NCBI GenBank assembly: GCA_003427395.1 | Contig: BFEA01000035.1 | Span: forward strand, 2,668,008 to 2,732,007 | DNA: 64,000 nucleotides | Source: Chara braunii | Taxonomy: Eukaryota; Plantae; Charophyceae | Direction of reading: 5' to 3' | Part shown: positions 48,466 through 61,135 of the stretch, piece by piece | Layout: each line of letters opens with the position of its first letter | Position numbering within the stretch: position 1 is the first letter of the stretch | Program-made: the position numbers and the translations under genes | Notes under the pieces: generated by a model | Databases searched by the model: none | The model's input: the letters and a program-made list of their open reading frames with translations, nothing else | Told to the model about the DNA's origin: nothing

Positions 48466-49775
48466 CTGTGTGCAGTAGGGCGGCCCCCATGTTATGTTTT
48501 TGCACAAATCAACTCGTTGCATGCATAGTGCAGTGAGGACCAAAGGAAGCCCCCCACTTCTTGCCTCCAATAGTCAATACAACAGCAATGGTAGCCAGCC
48601 CTACTATGACGTGGCAGCTGTTACTACTCCCCACTCCTACACATATGTCTACAACCTCTCCGCATGTCCCTTGCCAGATGCTGCTGAAGAGCCTGCTCAC
48701 ACATGTGCTCATTACCAAAACCAGGCCAGCACCACCAGTCCCCCCAGACGTCATCCTCCTCTTCGCTGTCGTCCTCGAACTTCGTCCTCCTCTTCCCTGA
48801 CCTGTTCGCTGTCCTCCTCCAACTTCTTCCTCTCCTCACGGTAAGTCAATATATATGCACCATTCAGCCACCGGGGGCTGGATATGGATATTTTGATCAT
48901 TTCAAGTGTTTTTCAGAATGCGAGCACACTACTTGGATGTATTATTTGACCCCAACAACCTGTAGCAAAGTCCTCGTGTGACCATGCGCTGACAGGTACA
49001 GCTACACTGAGCTGTGTGTGATCATCCGTTCTTTGTAGACGAACCACAGCCTCGACGATTACACAGGCACAAACTTCACCGCTATCCAGTTGACCTGTTG
49101 ACCAGCAAGGTTCTACCGCCCGTCCCTTTTAGTCCGAAGGAAGCCTAGGACACTATACAAGTGTAAAAAACGAACTTTGTCGAAGTCTTCTTCGCAATAA
49201 AGAATGGCTATGGGTGCACCAAAATTTGGATTTTGATCCGTTCTTTCTGGACCGACCAAGACCTCGGTGATTATTCAGGTATAATCTTCATTGCTATTTC
49301 GTCGATCAACTGATCAGCAACGTACGTTCGACTACCCGACGACTCGGCAATCCATCGCTTAGACCTGTCTAAAGCTAACGACTCTGCACATGATGATTCT
49401 CAGAATGGAAAACTTGCACTTTCGATGTTTCATTATGACGACGGAGAAGAAGATCCGTAGCAATCAGGCTGCCTAAAGTCCTCCCCCAAGCTAATAACTC
49501 CTTACAGGCACCAGCAAGGCGCGTAAAGATGAAGCTGGTGCGATTCCTGCGATTCCTTCCGCAAATGTCTGCACACTCTTTCCCTGAGAACCGGAGACTT
49601 CGTTATACAGAACATCCACCGCGCACTTTGACATGCCCAGAGGACCAATCATTCTAGACACTATGCACTACCTCAGAGGCAGTCCATTCGACGAGTTCAG
49701 GATAACACTCAATCTATACGTGTAAATGCACCTAGATGTGTCCCAAACGGAAAGAGCTGGTGTGTGTGAGAGAGA

Positions 49776-49832
<57 letters not shown>

Positions 49833-51618
49833 CTTTCCTCTCCGCTTCCTTGCTGCTGCTGCGTCTGTTTAAAGTGTTGTGCTTGTCCTTCCAATGACCA
49901 CCGTCCTCGGCATCCTCTTCCTTCCAGCCCTTCCTCCTCCGCTATCATCTACTTGATGATGTTCATGACAAGGCGGCGAGAAACAGTTAGCAATATCTGT
50001 TCTTCCTTCCTTCCTTCCTTCCTTTTTTTTCTTCTCCTCCTATTTGCTTCCTCACCTCTGTCTGTGTCTACTTTTTCTATCCTCTCTTTCTTTCATTCTT
50101 TGCGTTTCACTCCTCCATGTCTATGCTCCTTTCTTTTCGTTCTCCTTGTGCCACTTATTCACCTCTCCTTCATCCTCTCCTTCATCCGCTCCTCCTCTTT
50201 GATTTGCTACCCTCGTCTTCCTCTCTCACCACCTGAGTTTACTCTGCCTGTTCGTCACACTCATCCCCTGACTTTATTTCTCTTCTTTTTCCCTCACACA
50301 CTCCTCATCCTGTTGCCCCTCCGCTCCCTACGCCGCTCTGCAGAATTGGCGTCCTCAGAAATCCGCGCTTCGCCTCTTTAGGGCATACTCACACTAGGCC
50401 CTCAAAATTGCAAGATCGCAAAATGAGCGGCCAGATCGAGTCCCTGTAAACGAAGGACTCTATCTGACCACTCATTAATCATCATGCCATTTTGCGATTT
50501 TGACTTTATTTCTCTTTTTTTCTTTTTCACACACTATTCATGTTGGCCCTCCGCTCCCTCTGCGGGGTTGGCGTCAGAAATCCGCGCCGCGCTTCGTCTC
50601 TTGAAGGCCTACCGGTAGTGTGAGAATACTCTTACTGGGCTCCGCTCTTCTTCCCCCGATTGTTTGGGAAGAAACGAACGCAAAAAGAGGTGGGGCGATT
50701 TCACCCGCCACATCGTAATACACGTACGTGACGGCGTGACATGCGGTCTTCGTGGATGGTTGGGGAGAGGGGATGGCCAGAACAAAGGCCAGACGACTGA
50801 ACGGATGGATGGATGGATGGATGGATGGATTACCTGTGGTTAGGTCCGTGGATTTATGATGGGATGGAGACGGGTAACCGGGTTAGTACATGGAGGAGGA
50901 ACATCGGAAGAGGGGAAGGGGGCAAGGAACGATGAAGGTCCACAGACAGGTGTAAGGAGGATTGACCGTGTGAGCTCCATCATTAGTCGCTCTTCTGACA
51001 TCGTTCGACCTCCACGAATCTCGCCAATGGATCGACAGTACAGATGACCACACCATTTAAGTAGAGTTAAAAAGAAACCGAAAAGTGGAAACTGTGGCTG
51101 TGACACACTTTTAATAGGCAAAAAAAAAAAAAAAAAGACAAACTGGCGCTGATGTCATTGCTCGACTTTCAGAATGTGCAAGTTTAGCGGGGGGGGGTTG
51201 TGGAGACTGTGGCCCTTTTTTTTTATTTAGCGGCTTTTTTTTCTTTTTTTTTTTCCGGCGGCATTTTTTGCCCTGGAGAACTGCGAAAGCTGTGTGCCTA
51301 TTCCAAACGCTACGCTAGGTGTGACCCAGGAGCCGTTGCCGTTCTTTTTTTTTTTTTTTTTTCTCAGTTGATGGGGTTGGGCGGGAAAGTTTCTCATTGA
51401 GTCCACAAAAAAAGAAAAAAAAAAAAAAAAAAGGCCGTTGGCCGTGGGGCCTCGGGTGTCGATCAGGGACACACTCGTTCACGGGCTCTTCTTCTGAAGA
51501 GCCAATCAAATCAACGCATCTGGATCGTCCGTTCTGTGTGTGCAGCAATCATCCTTCCTGGAACCTTCCTGGAACTTCCTGGAAACTTCCTGGAAACTTC
51601 CTGGAAACTTCCTGGAAG

Positions 51619-52504
51619 ATGACGAGAATTCGTGAGCATCGATGTCATCGCCCTCCTCCGTGCGGTCGGGATGTCTATGCAGTCGGCAGGCTCATCAGAC
51701 TTCGGCTGATCGTTTTGGCGGGACTGGCTTTTATGATCGCACCGCCGCCACGTGGAGAGTGTTCCTCTGGGTCGCTGGGAGCCGTTGATTTGCCAGGCTT
51801 TCCTGATTTGGAAAGAGGTACTGCGGCGGGAGCAGTGCATCCGCCGACGGATAAGGTGGAGGTAGCCCGTCGATTAATCGGCGGGGACGGTGACAGATTA
51901 CCTCTCGCCCCATCGGACGACTGCGATCCACTCTCTCGTTCCAGCTGTCATAGAGAGAGTGTGAAAGAGCGCGAGGAACATAAGGTGGGAGGAAGGAGGT
52001 TCTTGAGGCCCGTGGTGTCGAGGAAGGACGGCGGCGGCCTCAGGAAAGATGATGGTGTTGGTGGTCGTGATGACGACGATAGACACAGCCATGGTTTGGA
52101 GAAGGATGAGGAGGAGGAGGAGGAGGAGGGAGAAGAGAGATGGCGGCAGAGGAATTTGATCGTCGATGGGGGAAGATCCCGCGGGGGGAATGCAGCAGCA
52201 GGAGGAGGAGGAGGAGGAGGAGGAGGAGGAAGAGGAGGTCGAGGTGGACGGAGAGCAGAGAGAGGAGAGGGAAAAGATGCAATGCGCACGTCGAAACGGC
52301 GGCGAGCCTTGGGCACTGGTCCAGAGCCATTCAGCAGCAGCAGCACGAATGCAACTACAAGGAATGTTCCTCTGGAAAGGGTAGTGGGTGGGGCGGCGGC
52401 ATCAGCAACAGATTTTCCATACCAGGTTGCCATTTTGCTAGAAAAGGGTGTCCAATTTCAGTGCGGTGGAGCGATCATCGACCCGTTTTACGTCATTACC
52501 GCAG
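51619..52504 (+). CDS. First coding exon of a trypsin/chymotrypsin-type (S1A) serine protease zymogen
   Basis: Hydrophobic segment LIVLAGLAFMIA, low-complexity pro-region, activation site R|VVGG, FPYQVAI, CGGAIIDPFYVITA, then donor GCAG|GTTGGT just before the expected AHC motif. Confidence 0.85.
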
Positions 52505-52602
52505 GTTGGTTGCTGCCCACCTTCTGCGCCTTTTGCTCTCTCTTCTGCTTGTAACTATTCCCAACTCTCCTTTCATCCCTTTGCAAACTCTCTCTCTCTC
52601 TC

Positions 52603-52663
<61 letters not shown>

Positions 52664-52760
52664 GCACATTATGAATGTTCTGATAGCATCTCTCTCTCTG
52701 TCTCTCTCAGACTCTCAGAGTGCACATCATGAATGTTCTGAATAGCATCTCTCTCTCTCA

Positions 52761-52835
<75 letters not shown>

Positions 52836-53073
52836 ACACAGACACACACTCTCCATCTCCCTCTCTCTCTCTCTGTGAGTGCACATNGGGGGGGGTCTAA
52901 AACTGCGCCAGTTAGTTATTACCCGCAGTGGCGCTTGAAAGATTTAGGGGGGTCGCCTTTTTTGCTCTATTTGGGGGGAACTGCTAATTTAAGTTGCCTA
53001 TTCTGAACGTTGGGTGCGACTAAAACGTTCTTGCCCCAAGAGAAAAGAAAAAAAAATCGACAGACTTCGCATG

Positions 53074-53362
53074 TATTCCTCTCTCCATGCCAACCGTTGG
53101 GTAGGTAGGTCGGCCAGCTTTGATACGTCGATCTTTCCACCACGATCCATGGGTATTCACAGGATGATAGCATTAAGAGATTTGAAACATACTAGGTGAG
53201 TGAATACATAGATAGGGGCATTCCTCTCTCCATCCCAACCGTTGGATGGGTAGGTCGGTGGCCACTTTTGATACGTCGATCTTTCCAACACGATCCATAG
53301 GTATCCACAGAATGATAGCATTATGAGATTTGAAACATACTAGGTGAGTGAATACATAGATA
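53074..53362. repeat. ~145-bp tandem duplication
   Basis: attcctctctccat...gaatacatagata occurs twice. Confidence 0.85.
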
Positions 53363-53389
53363 TGAGCATAGAACGCTCTCGTGCGCGCG

Positions 53390-53424
<35 letters not shown>

Positions 53425-53505
53425 AATCGCACGCAGCGCGGCGAGGGTGAGAGAGAGAGACACACACACACACAGACAGAGAGAGAGGGAGAAATCGCGC
53501 GCCGC

Positions 53506-53536
<31 letters not shown>

Positions 53537-53561
53537 GACAATAGATCGGTAGATACGGTTG

Positions 53562-53618
<57 letters not shown>

Positions 53619-53996
53619 GATCGGTCGATACAGTTGGTAAAACTTGAATGGGGTTTTGGTGTGATGTGAACAGCCAGGAAAAGACAATCCCGGCCGGTCT
53701 CATGACCAAAGCGCGGTTCATATGTGTATGGGCCTCGCTGCACTACTCGACACTCGACAGGTCTGAGCCCTGTATCATCGTCCATATACATTCGAGCTGA
53801 TCCAACATTTTTGAATGCATCGCGACCATTCTCAGCTCCAGGTACATCCGAATATCGTGTAGTGGAGCGATGATCTATGCTTCTAATTGCGTGATGGCGA
53901 GCTGTGAAGTTTCCCCCGGAAGCAGATAACCTTCGGCCGCCCTGGGCCACATGGTGGTGGCTCAAGGGAACGAAGCCGGTTCGAGCCTCTCTTGGC

Positions 53997-54093
53997 CTTC
54001 CCCCGCATACAACGTACGGTCATTATAGCTGTATCTAGACTGAAAGATGCCTCAAATACAGCGATAATGACCGTACGTTGTGTTCGGGGGAAG
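53997..54093. other. 38-bp near-perfect inverted repeat (pre-miRNA-like hairpin)
   Basis: Arms 53997-54034 and 54056-54093 pair at 35/38 Watson-Crick positions plus one G:U; 21-nt loop. Confidence 0.8.
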
Positions 54094-54531
54094 AAGGTAG
54101 ATGTCTACCATGGGCACTCCATAATCGTGGTATCCATTCCAGGGTTGGCTTAGCCCTGCTCTCTACTTATGGGGTCTATCTACACTACCCACACACCAAA
54201 TGTGCGAAATGGAGAATGCATCTCCCGCTAGAACGCGGAAGATACCCCCGCCATAGCGAGGCGAGGCCCTTTTTCACATTTCGTGAGGGGGTGCAGCGAG
54301 GCCCTCGGTATTTTATTTCCAGGCTCATCACTGGGTCCTTCTGTGGATCAGAATATTAATAAGGCTTAGTTGCACCACTCGCCATCTGCCAACATTTCGG
54401 ATGCATCTGGACAAGAAACTCGAATGCACATCATCTCATCCGCCAACATTTCGGATGCATCTGGACAAGAAACTCGAATGCATTCATCATCTCTGCGAAT
54501 GGAAGAGGGGTGCAATTACTACAGTAGGCCC

Positions 54532-54599
54532 TTAAACTGATCAGAACAGATACTACACTTGACTTGATCTATTTTTAGCCAAAAGGCCAAGAAAGGTAT
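54532..54599 (-). pseudogene. U2 snRNA 5' fragment
   Basis: ATACCTTTCTTGGCCTTTTGGCTAA[AAATA]GATCAAG[TCAAG]TGTAGTATCTGTTCTGATCAGTTTAA is plant U2 nt ~1-58 with two small insertions. Confidence 0.9.
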
Positions 54600-54698
54600 G
54601 TTCTTACTACTTTTGTCGTGCAGCTTCTCTCTCTCTTGACGGTGTGATACGTGGAGATCCAAGACTACCTGCCGCTCCTTCCCCCTCCTCTGGCCCCC

Positions 54699-54761
54699 TT
54701 AAACTGATCAGAACAGACACTTCACTTGATCTATTTTTAGCCGAAACGCGAAGAAAGCTAT
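54699..54761 (-). pseudogene. Second, more degenerate U2 snRNA fragment (part of a ~165-bp tandem duplication)
   Basis: ttaaactgatcagaacagacacttcacttgatctatttttagccg...; the flanking sequence is duplicated too. Confidence 0.8.
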
Positions 54762-54956
54762 GATGTTCTGACTTTTGCCGTGCAGCTTCTCTCTTGATGG
54801 TCTGATTCGTGGAGATCCAAGGCTGCTACCTCTCCTTCCCCCTCCTCTGCCCTTCTCCTCCTGCTAATCGAACACGGCGCAATTACCTCTCTCTCTGCCA
54901 TTGTGCATTGCCCCGCGCTGCATTCAGCAGGTGCTAAGGTCGAACACGGCGCCATG

Positions 54957-55011
<55 letters not shown>

Positions 55012-55465
55012 ATTGTGCATTGCCCCGCGCTGCATTCAGCAGGTGGTAAGGATAAGCAGGGTAAATAAAACAGGGTAACAGCGCAAGAGGGAGAGAGAGA
55101 CTCAAGCGCTCCATCTCAACCACACGTTCACACATCGCAATCGGATTCGATTAAGGACTCGCCGGGGAGGTCCTCTTTGACGAAGCAACTGTGTCAGCAG
55201 CGCGGGATCTGAAGGTAGCACAAGCTATCACTACGGTGCGCCCCCTCTCCCTTCTTCGAGATACTAGAGTAATAACCTCAGCACCTCCGCAAAACTCCGG
55301 CAGCTGGATTTGCGGGAACGGCCGCGACGGACGACTGGCACAACACAACAACACCTTCTTCCTTTGGGGCAGAAAAACGACAAAACCTCCCTTTGATGCA
55401 CAACAACAAGAACAACACCTCCCTTTGAGAGAGCAAACGCTTCGAGGACTTGATTGGCGGTAATC

Positions 55466-58162
55466 ATGGGCACGAAAGGAGGCACAACACCTCCGCTTGA
55501 CAAAGCACTTGCTCCAAAGCCTGGCGCTGAGGCGATGGCTACGAAAGGGATGACACCCCCAGCTGCAACCGGGGGGCAGCAACAAGAAAACGGCAGCGGG
55601 GGAGGACGGATATCAGGGAAAGAGAACAGTGGCGGCGCAGCAATAGCCGCCGCCGCCGCCGCCGCCGGCCCCAACGCTACTGCCTCGATGCCCTCTACTA
55701 CCCAAGAGGCGGCGGCGGCAGTGGCTGCGGCGGCGAGCAACAAGATTCCTCCGACTGCCCAAGCGGCCGTCGTCGGGGGAATGCCCATCAGCGCGGCGGC
55801 GAGCAACAAGATTCCACCAACTGCCCAAGTGGCCGTCGTCGGGGGAATGCCCATCAGCGCGGCGGCGGAAACGGCGGCGGCTCCAGCCGCGGCTTCGCCT
55901 GGTGTGAAATGGAACGCGGAAAGCGGTTCAGCAGCAGGCGTCAAATCTGATCCATCAGCCGTCAGATCTGATCCATCAGCCGTCCGATCTGATCCATCAG
56001 CTGTCAGATCTGATCCATCAGCTGTCAGATCTGAACAGCCAGGACGGCCGAAGAGTGGCGAGGCGCGCGCGCCCAGTCGCGGCCGCAAATCTGGTAAGAA
56101 AGCTAGCCGTAGCCGCAGCAAAAGCCGCAGCAAGAGCCGCGGCCGCAAATCTGGCAAGAAAGCTGGCCGCAGCAAAAGCCGCAGCAAAAGCCGCGGCCGA
56201 GGAGATACACGGGGGACGGCAGGAAGAGGAGGAAAACAGCAGCAGCAGGGAAGTGGGGATAAGAAGAAGAAGAAGAGGAAGTCGAAGAAGCAGAGAGAGG
56301 CGGAGAGGAAAGCAGAGCAGGAGCGGCTTGCGGAGGAAGCCCGTCGAGCAGAGGAGGCGAGAATCTTGAGAGAAGAGGAGGATGAGAGGAGAAGGGTGTT
56401 AGAGGAAGAGCTCGCTCAGCAGGCGGAAGCGGCCAGACTTGTTGCTGAGGCCGAGAGGCTAGCCAAGGAGAGAGAGGAGGTAAAGCCTCTCTTGCGCCGA
56501 AGGGAGGACGAGATCCTTCACGAATTGACGATCGCTAGGGAGAAGAGGGATTGGGAGCACTACTTAGCTTGCGACCCGATCCCTGAGCCGTCTATCGAGC
56601 CCGAACTGACGACGTACATCTCGGAAGTAAGACGGAGCGACGTCTTGGACCTGAAAAGCACCATGGACCTGGTCCAACAGGTGTACCAGGTGCGGATCTT
56701 GACCCAAAATATTCTCCTGGACGCAGAAGCGAAGGAAGACCATCGTCTCATCAAGAAGTACGCCGAGTACACGACAGAGCTGAAGAACCTGATCGACTAC
56801 CGCATCGACAAGGCCTGCGCCAACCTTCTCCTTGAGGCCGAAGAGATTTATCACACCTCTGGCGAGAATATTTTTACCGCCTCCACTCCCAACTTGAGGA
56901 TCGGATTGTGGATTAACCATGCAAAGAATCCCAGGCTGAAGACCATCGAGTTTCCCGCCATCGGTGCCGCGTTAGAGATCCCCAAATCGCTCGCTCTGGC
57001 CAACGTGGCAATTCGAGTCCAGCAGCAGGACATCGATCATCTAGTTCATTCCAGCGACAAGGACGCATCCATGCCAATCGGAGGGCTCATCACAACGGAC
57101 GTGCTAGCCGTGCCGCCAGCACCCAAGGTAATCAAAGGATGGAAGATACGCCAAATCACCCCCATGAACACCTCCGTGGTCAAGCTGCCTTATCCAATTC
57201 CTCCCGCGGGCGCCGACGAGGCAACCGTCGCGTCGCTGCAGGCGCCCAAGATGGGATTCCGAGTGCAGCTGCCGCCTCGCGTCGTCGTGCCTGGCAAGCG
57301 CCCCGGCGTGGCAAGCTGGGATCCCGACGAGTGTAAATGGAAAACGGAACCTATCAGCGACATCACCTACGACGAGTCATCCCGAACTTTGCACTTCCAA
57401 TCCATCAAGATCAAGACGTTGGCTATGGTCCAGCCACGTGTCCGGTTCATACCTTACTCCTACTGGGCCATTCGTCCGACGTCGGAGTCGACGGCCATCA
57501 TGGTCCTCCACGCCGGCGTGCCCAAAGTGGCGGAAGTGAAGATCGAGATCGGGACGGGATGGTGCAAGCTCATCAACCCGGTTTATCCAGAATGCAAAGA
57601 ACTCGTCGGGATCCCGTTCAGCCCAAGGGTTTTGCTGAAAAGACTGTCGGAGAGCGGGGTCCACCTCATGCCGAAGGACGAAGACATGCAGTTTGTGACC
57701 AAGGACTTGCGGGTGAAAGACGCGGAGATTGAGAAGTACACCTGCCGAGACATGGCATTACTAGCTCCGTCGTTCACCATCGGACACACACGCTGGAACA
57801 GACGAGCGGACGACGACACGTGTCTCATCCGCGTGTTGGAGATACCGGAGTACAAGTTCCCGCGCAACATCGACAAGAGCAAGCTGTCCAAAACCATCAT
57901 GTACAAACTCAAGGGCAACATCATGATCGATATCAATGAGAAGTCCTCCGCGTTCCGACAGGACCCCCTTGGGGAGTATCACGCAAGCCTCATGGTCACA
58001 ATCAAAGACCACTGCAACGAGGAGAGCATGGATAAAATCAAGCGAGGCTCGGCCCAATTCACCGACTGCGTCAAGCAACTCGCTTATGCCCTTCGCTTGC
58101 TCAGCTTCGGATACACAGACCCGCAGGTCACAGAAGGACAGTACAGAATGATCTACGTCTAG
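55466..58162 (+). CDS. DNAI7: Dynein axonemal intermediate chain 7 (CASC1/CFAP94/IC97 family), single exon, with repetitive N-terminal extension
   Basis: Uninterrupted ORF from the first ATG at 55466. KKKKRKSKK plus E/R coiled coil, then WEHYLACDPIPEP...ELTTYI (CASC1 N-terminal motif), IGLWINHAKNPR, WDPDECKWKTEPI, PYSYWAIRP and C-terminal LRLLSF. Confidence 0.85.
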   Translation: MGTKGGTTPPLDKALAPKPGAEAMATKGMTPPAATGGQQQENGSGGGRISGKENSGGAAIAAAAAAAGPNATASMPSTTQEAAAAVAAAASNKIPPTAQAAVVGGMPISAAASNKIPPTAQVAVVGGMPISAAAETAAAPAAASPGVKWNAESGSAAGVKSDPSAVRSDPSAVRSDPSAVRSDPSAVRSEQPGRPKSGEARAPSRGRKSGKKASRSRSKSRSKSRGRKSGKKAGRSKSRSKSRGRGDTRGTAGRGGKQQQQGSGDKKKKKRKSKKQREAERKAEQERLAEEARRAEEARILREEEDERRRVLEEELAQQAEAARLVAEAERLAKEREEVKPLLRRREDEILHELTIAREKRDWEHYLACDPIPEPSIEPELTTYISEVRRSDVLDLKSTMDLVQQVYQVRILTQNILLDAEAKEDHRLIKKYAEYTTELKNLIDYRIDKACANLLLEAEEIYHTSGENIFTASTPNLRIGLWINHAKNPRLKTIEFPAIGAALEIPKSLALANVAIRVQQQDIDHLVHSSDKDASMPIGGLITTDVLAVPPAPKVIKGWKIRQITPMNTSVVKLPYPIPPAGADEATVASLQAPKMGFRVQLPPRVVVPGKRPGVASWDPDECKWKTEPISDITYDESSRTLHFQSIKIKTLAMVQPRVRFIPYSYWAIRPTSESTAIMVLHAGVPKVAEVKIEIGTGWCKLINPVYPECKELVGIPFSPRVLLKRLSESGVHLMPKDEDMQFVTKDLRVKDAEIEKYTCRDMALLAPSFTIGHTRWNRRADDDTCLIRVLEIPEYKFPRNIDKSKLSKTIMYKLKGNIMIDINEKSSAFRQDPLGEYHASLMVTIKDHCNEESMDKIKRGSAQFTDCVKQLAYALRLLSFGYTDPQVTEGQYRMIYV

Positions 58163-58181
58163 CCGTTTGTGCTCAGCTTTC

Positions 58182-58212
<31 letters not shown>

Positions 58213-58850
58213 GAGCTAAAGCACACACCACTCGCCAACCGCCAACATTTCGAATGTGCACCTTCGACCAGCCGTTCGTCCGGATACATTCAAAATGTTG
58301 GCGTTGGGCGAGTGGCGCGCAGCGAGCCCCACACACACGCAGGTGACAGAAGGACACAAGAGTAGACACGCGAGTATACAATGTCGCACGTCTACCGGCG
58401 ACGTGTGGTGCTGCGATGCTGCTCCACACAACCCCGCCCCGACGTGTCCGCTCAACACGCGGCGATATGCTGCGTGACCACCATGCACGTCACCCCGCCC
58501 ACACTTGTCTGTTCGACATTCTTCAATGCTGCTGCGATGGCCCGACGCTTTGTCTGGTTTCATTTTCGGCAGCCTCGCCACAGTCGAAAGAAGTTGAGCC
58601 ACAGTCAAATCAAGTCATTCGAGATCGACAAATACAAAAAGGTCATTAGAGATCAACAACGTAAGCAGCGCGACTCGCAATGTACGACAATCAACGAATC
58701 CGTTCGTTGACATGTACATATGATGCACACTACACACGCAAATGACACATTCATAGTATAGAATATGTATCGACTGTATCAAGGGATCGGAGTGACGGCG
58801 CGTGTGCTCACAGCTACCCATATATCCGCCTCGAAGTGAAGGGGCCGGGG

Positions 58851-58920
<70 letters not shown>

Positions 58921-59534
58921 TGTTTACTATGCTTCCATGTATGCTCATAAATTTAGTCGGTGATACGCAAGTTGGTTAGCCGGCGAGAGTTCGACAAAAC
59001 TGTCTATCACAGCTCGCCTCCCTTGCTTCTTGTCTTCGCTCTGGTACCTGTTCATAAGCTCTTGTATGTATACATGTATATAGGTATATAAGCACTTGTA
59101 TGTATACATATATATAGGTATATAAGCACTTATAAATACATATATATGTGCATACGCGCGCACACACACGCCCTGACTCCCCATGCTGGTAGTAGGAAAT
59201 CGTAGTAAGACACACGAGCTAGGTACTTAGAGTGCGACATGACAGAGGCGCAGACGTTGCGGAAGAACTGAGCAGTGGTGATGAGAGCATCGCCTTCAAA
59301 CGTTCGAGGAGAACGAGCGGCATTGCAGCAGACCTCCCTCCACTGTGAAAGTTGAGGTCCGTAGATGGAGTATCTGCTTGCGTGACAGATGTCACATCAT
59401 CCTGTAACTGGAAGCCAGTGGCGCAATCCTGTCTCTTCCCGATCTGCGACGGCTTCCCAAACGGCAGACTATGTATCATCTACGCGTTAGGAAAGTGGAG
59501 GAAAGAGTAGCGACCAGAAGCACAGTGACACTAC

Positions 59535-59598
<64 letters not shown>

Positions 59599-59927
59599 NN
59601 NNNNNNNNNNNNNNNNNNNNNNNNNNNNNNNNNNNNNNNNNNNNNNNNNNNNNNNNNNNNNNNNNNNNNNNNNNNNNNNNNNNNNNNNNNNNNNNNNNNN
59701 NNNNNNNNNNNNNNNNNNNNNNNNNNNNNNNNNNNNNNNNNNNNNNNNNNNNNNNNNNNNNNNNNNNNNNNNNNNNNNNNNNNNNNNNNNNNNNNNNNNN
59801 NNNNNNNNNNNNNNNNNNNNNNNNNNNNNNNNNNNNNNNNNNNNNNNNNNNNNNNNNNNNNNNNNNNNNNNNNNNNNNNNNNNNNNNNNNNNNNNNNNNN
59901 NNNNNNNNNNNNNNNNNNNNNNNNNNN

Positions 59928-59969
<42 letters not shown>

Positions 59970-60309
59970 TGTGTAGTGTGTGTGGGGGGGGGGAGCGTAG
60001 CACAGCCAGAAAGGCGATGGCGAAATTTCCATCGTGAAGAGCTGCGTACCCATTAGCCTAGCTTTCCTATAAATCCACTGACCAGGACAGGTAGGATTTT
60101 GCTGGACGTATGTGATCGACGAGTTGACCACATTCGTCAAATTCAGTTTCAGTCCCGGTCTGAGTAAGCCCTATACAGTTCAGGTCGATGAGAGAGAGCC
60201 TGAAAAAAAAAGAGTAAATGGAATTTACATCGCGAATTCATCGATGATGAAGTCCACGCCATTTCCATCGCCTTCTGCATCGTAGTCCTCCTCCATTTCG
60301 TTTCTCCAC

Positions 60310-60505
60310 ACCGACTTGCTCCTAAGGCGCAAGACCACTACAGGCGTAACACGTGACAACCGCGCACTTGTTGTCCGTTTTCACATGGACCAATTCTGAC
60401 TCTTGGAACCTCAGTTGGTTTCTCCAAACCGACTTGGTATAGGGGCAAGACCAAAGACCACTCCAGGCGTGACATGCGACAACCACGCACTTGTGGTCCG
60501 TTTCA
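60310..60505. repeat. ~123-bp tandem duplication
   Basis: accgacttg...agaccact.caggcgt.aca...gcacttgt.gtccgtttcaca occurs twice. Confidence 0.7.
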
Positions 60506-61135
60506 CATTTCACATGGGCCGGATGTGACTCTTTGGAGGCTCAGTTGCTAAGCACAGGACGGGTCTTCGCGCACTACTCACCAACAAACATGCAAAAAAT
60601 GGAGACTGCATCTTTTTTTTTTTTTAATTTTAAAATGGTGACGGCCTTGAGATATTATCATTGAGCTGACCGGCCCCAAGCAATTCATTAGTAGTTGGTT
60701 TCACTTGTCAAATTCCATCATCTGGATTCAAACACAGGTCTGTATTTCAACAGTTCATGGATGTACCCACTGAGCTAGGCTCTTGGGGTGGAATGGAAAG
60801 ATACCGGTGGGTCGGCGTCATAGTTTTTGTCCTTTTCACATTTTTTGGTGAGCAATACAGCCAGAGCCTAACTGTTCGCAGCCCGTCAGGGTTGCGTTTT
60901 CCACCCCTGAGATTGACTTACCCTGAGGGCACGGGTGTGCAGCCCGTAGTTCGTTTGTTGATGCGGTTCGGGAAGGGTAAGGTAGTGATTATGCTGTATG
61001 TATGTTTTGTTGTGTTCGCTATACACAACTCGAAGAGAGTGTGTGTGGGGTCCCGGTTGGTGCTTTGTTCACGATGTTCATGGGACTCTGGACCCAGTTT
61101 TCAGCAGGTGGTGCTCCCCATCAATAGACAGGAGA

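Noticed and set aside
48600-49710. Possible transposase or pseudogene remnant
   Set aside because: No sustained frame or catalytic motif recognised.
59170-60330. Possible minus-strand exons (acceptor-like cctaac...tag at ~59479)
   Set aside because: Candidate frames contain stops and no recognisable motif; cannot support a gene call.
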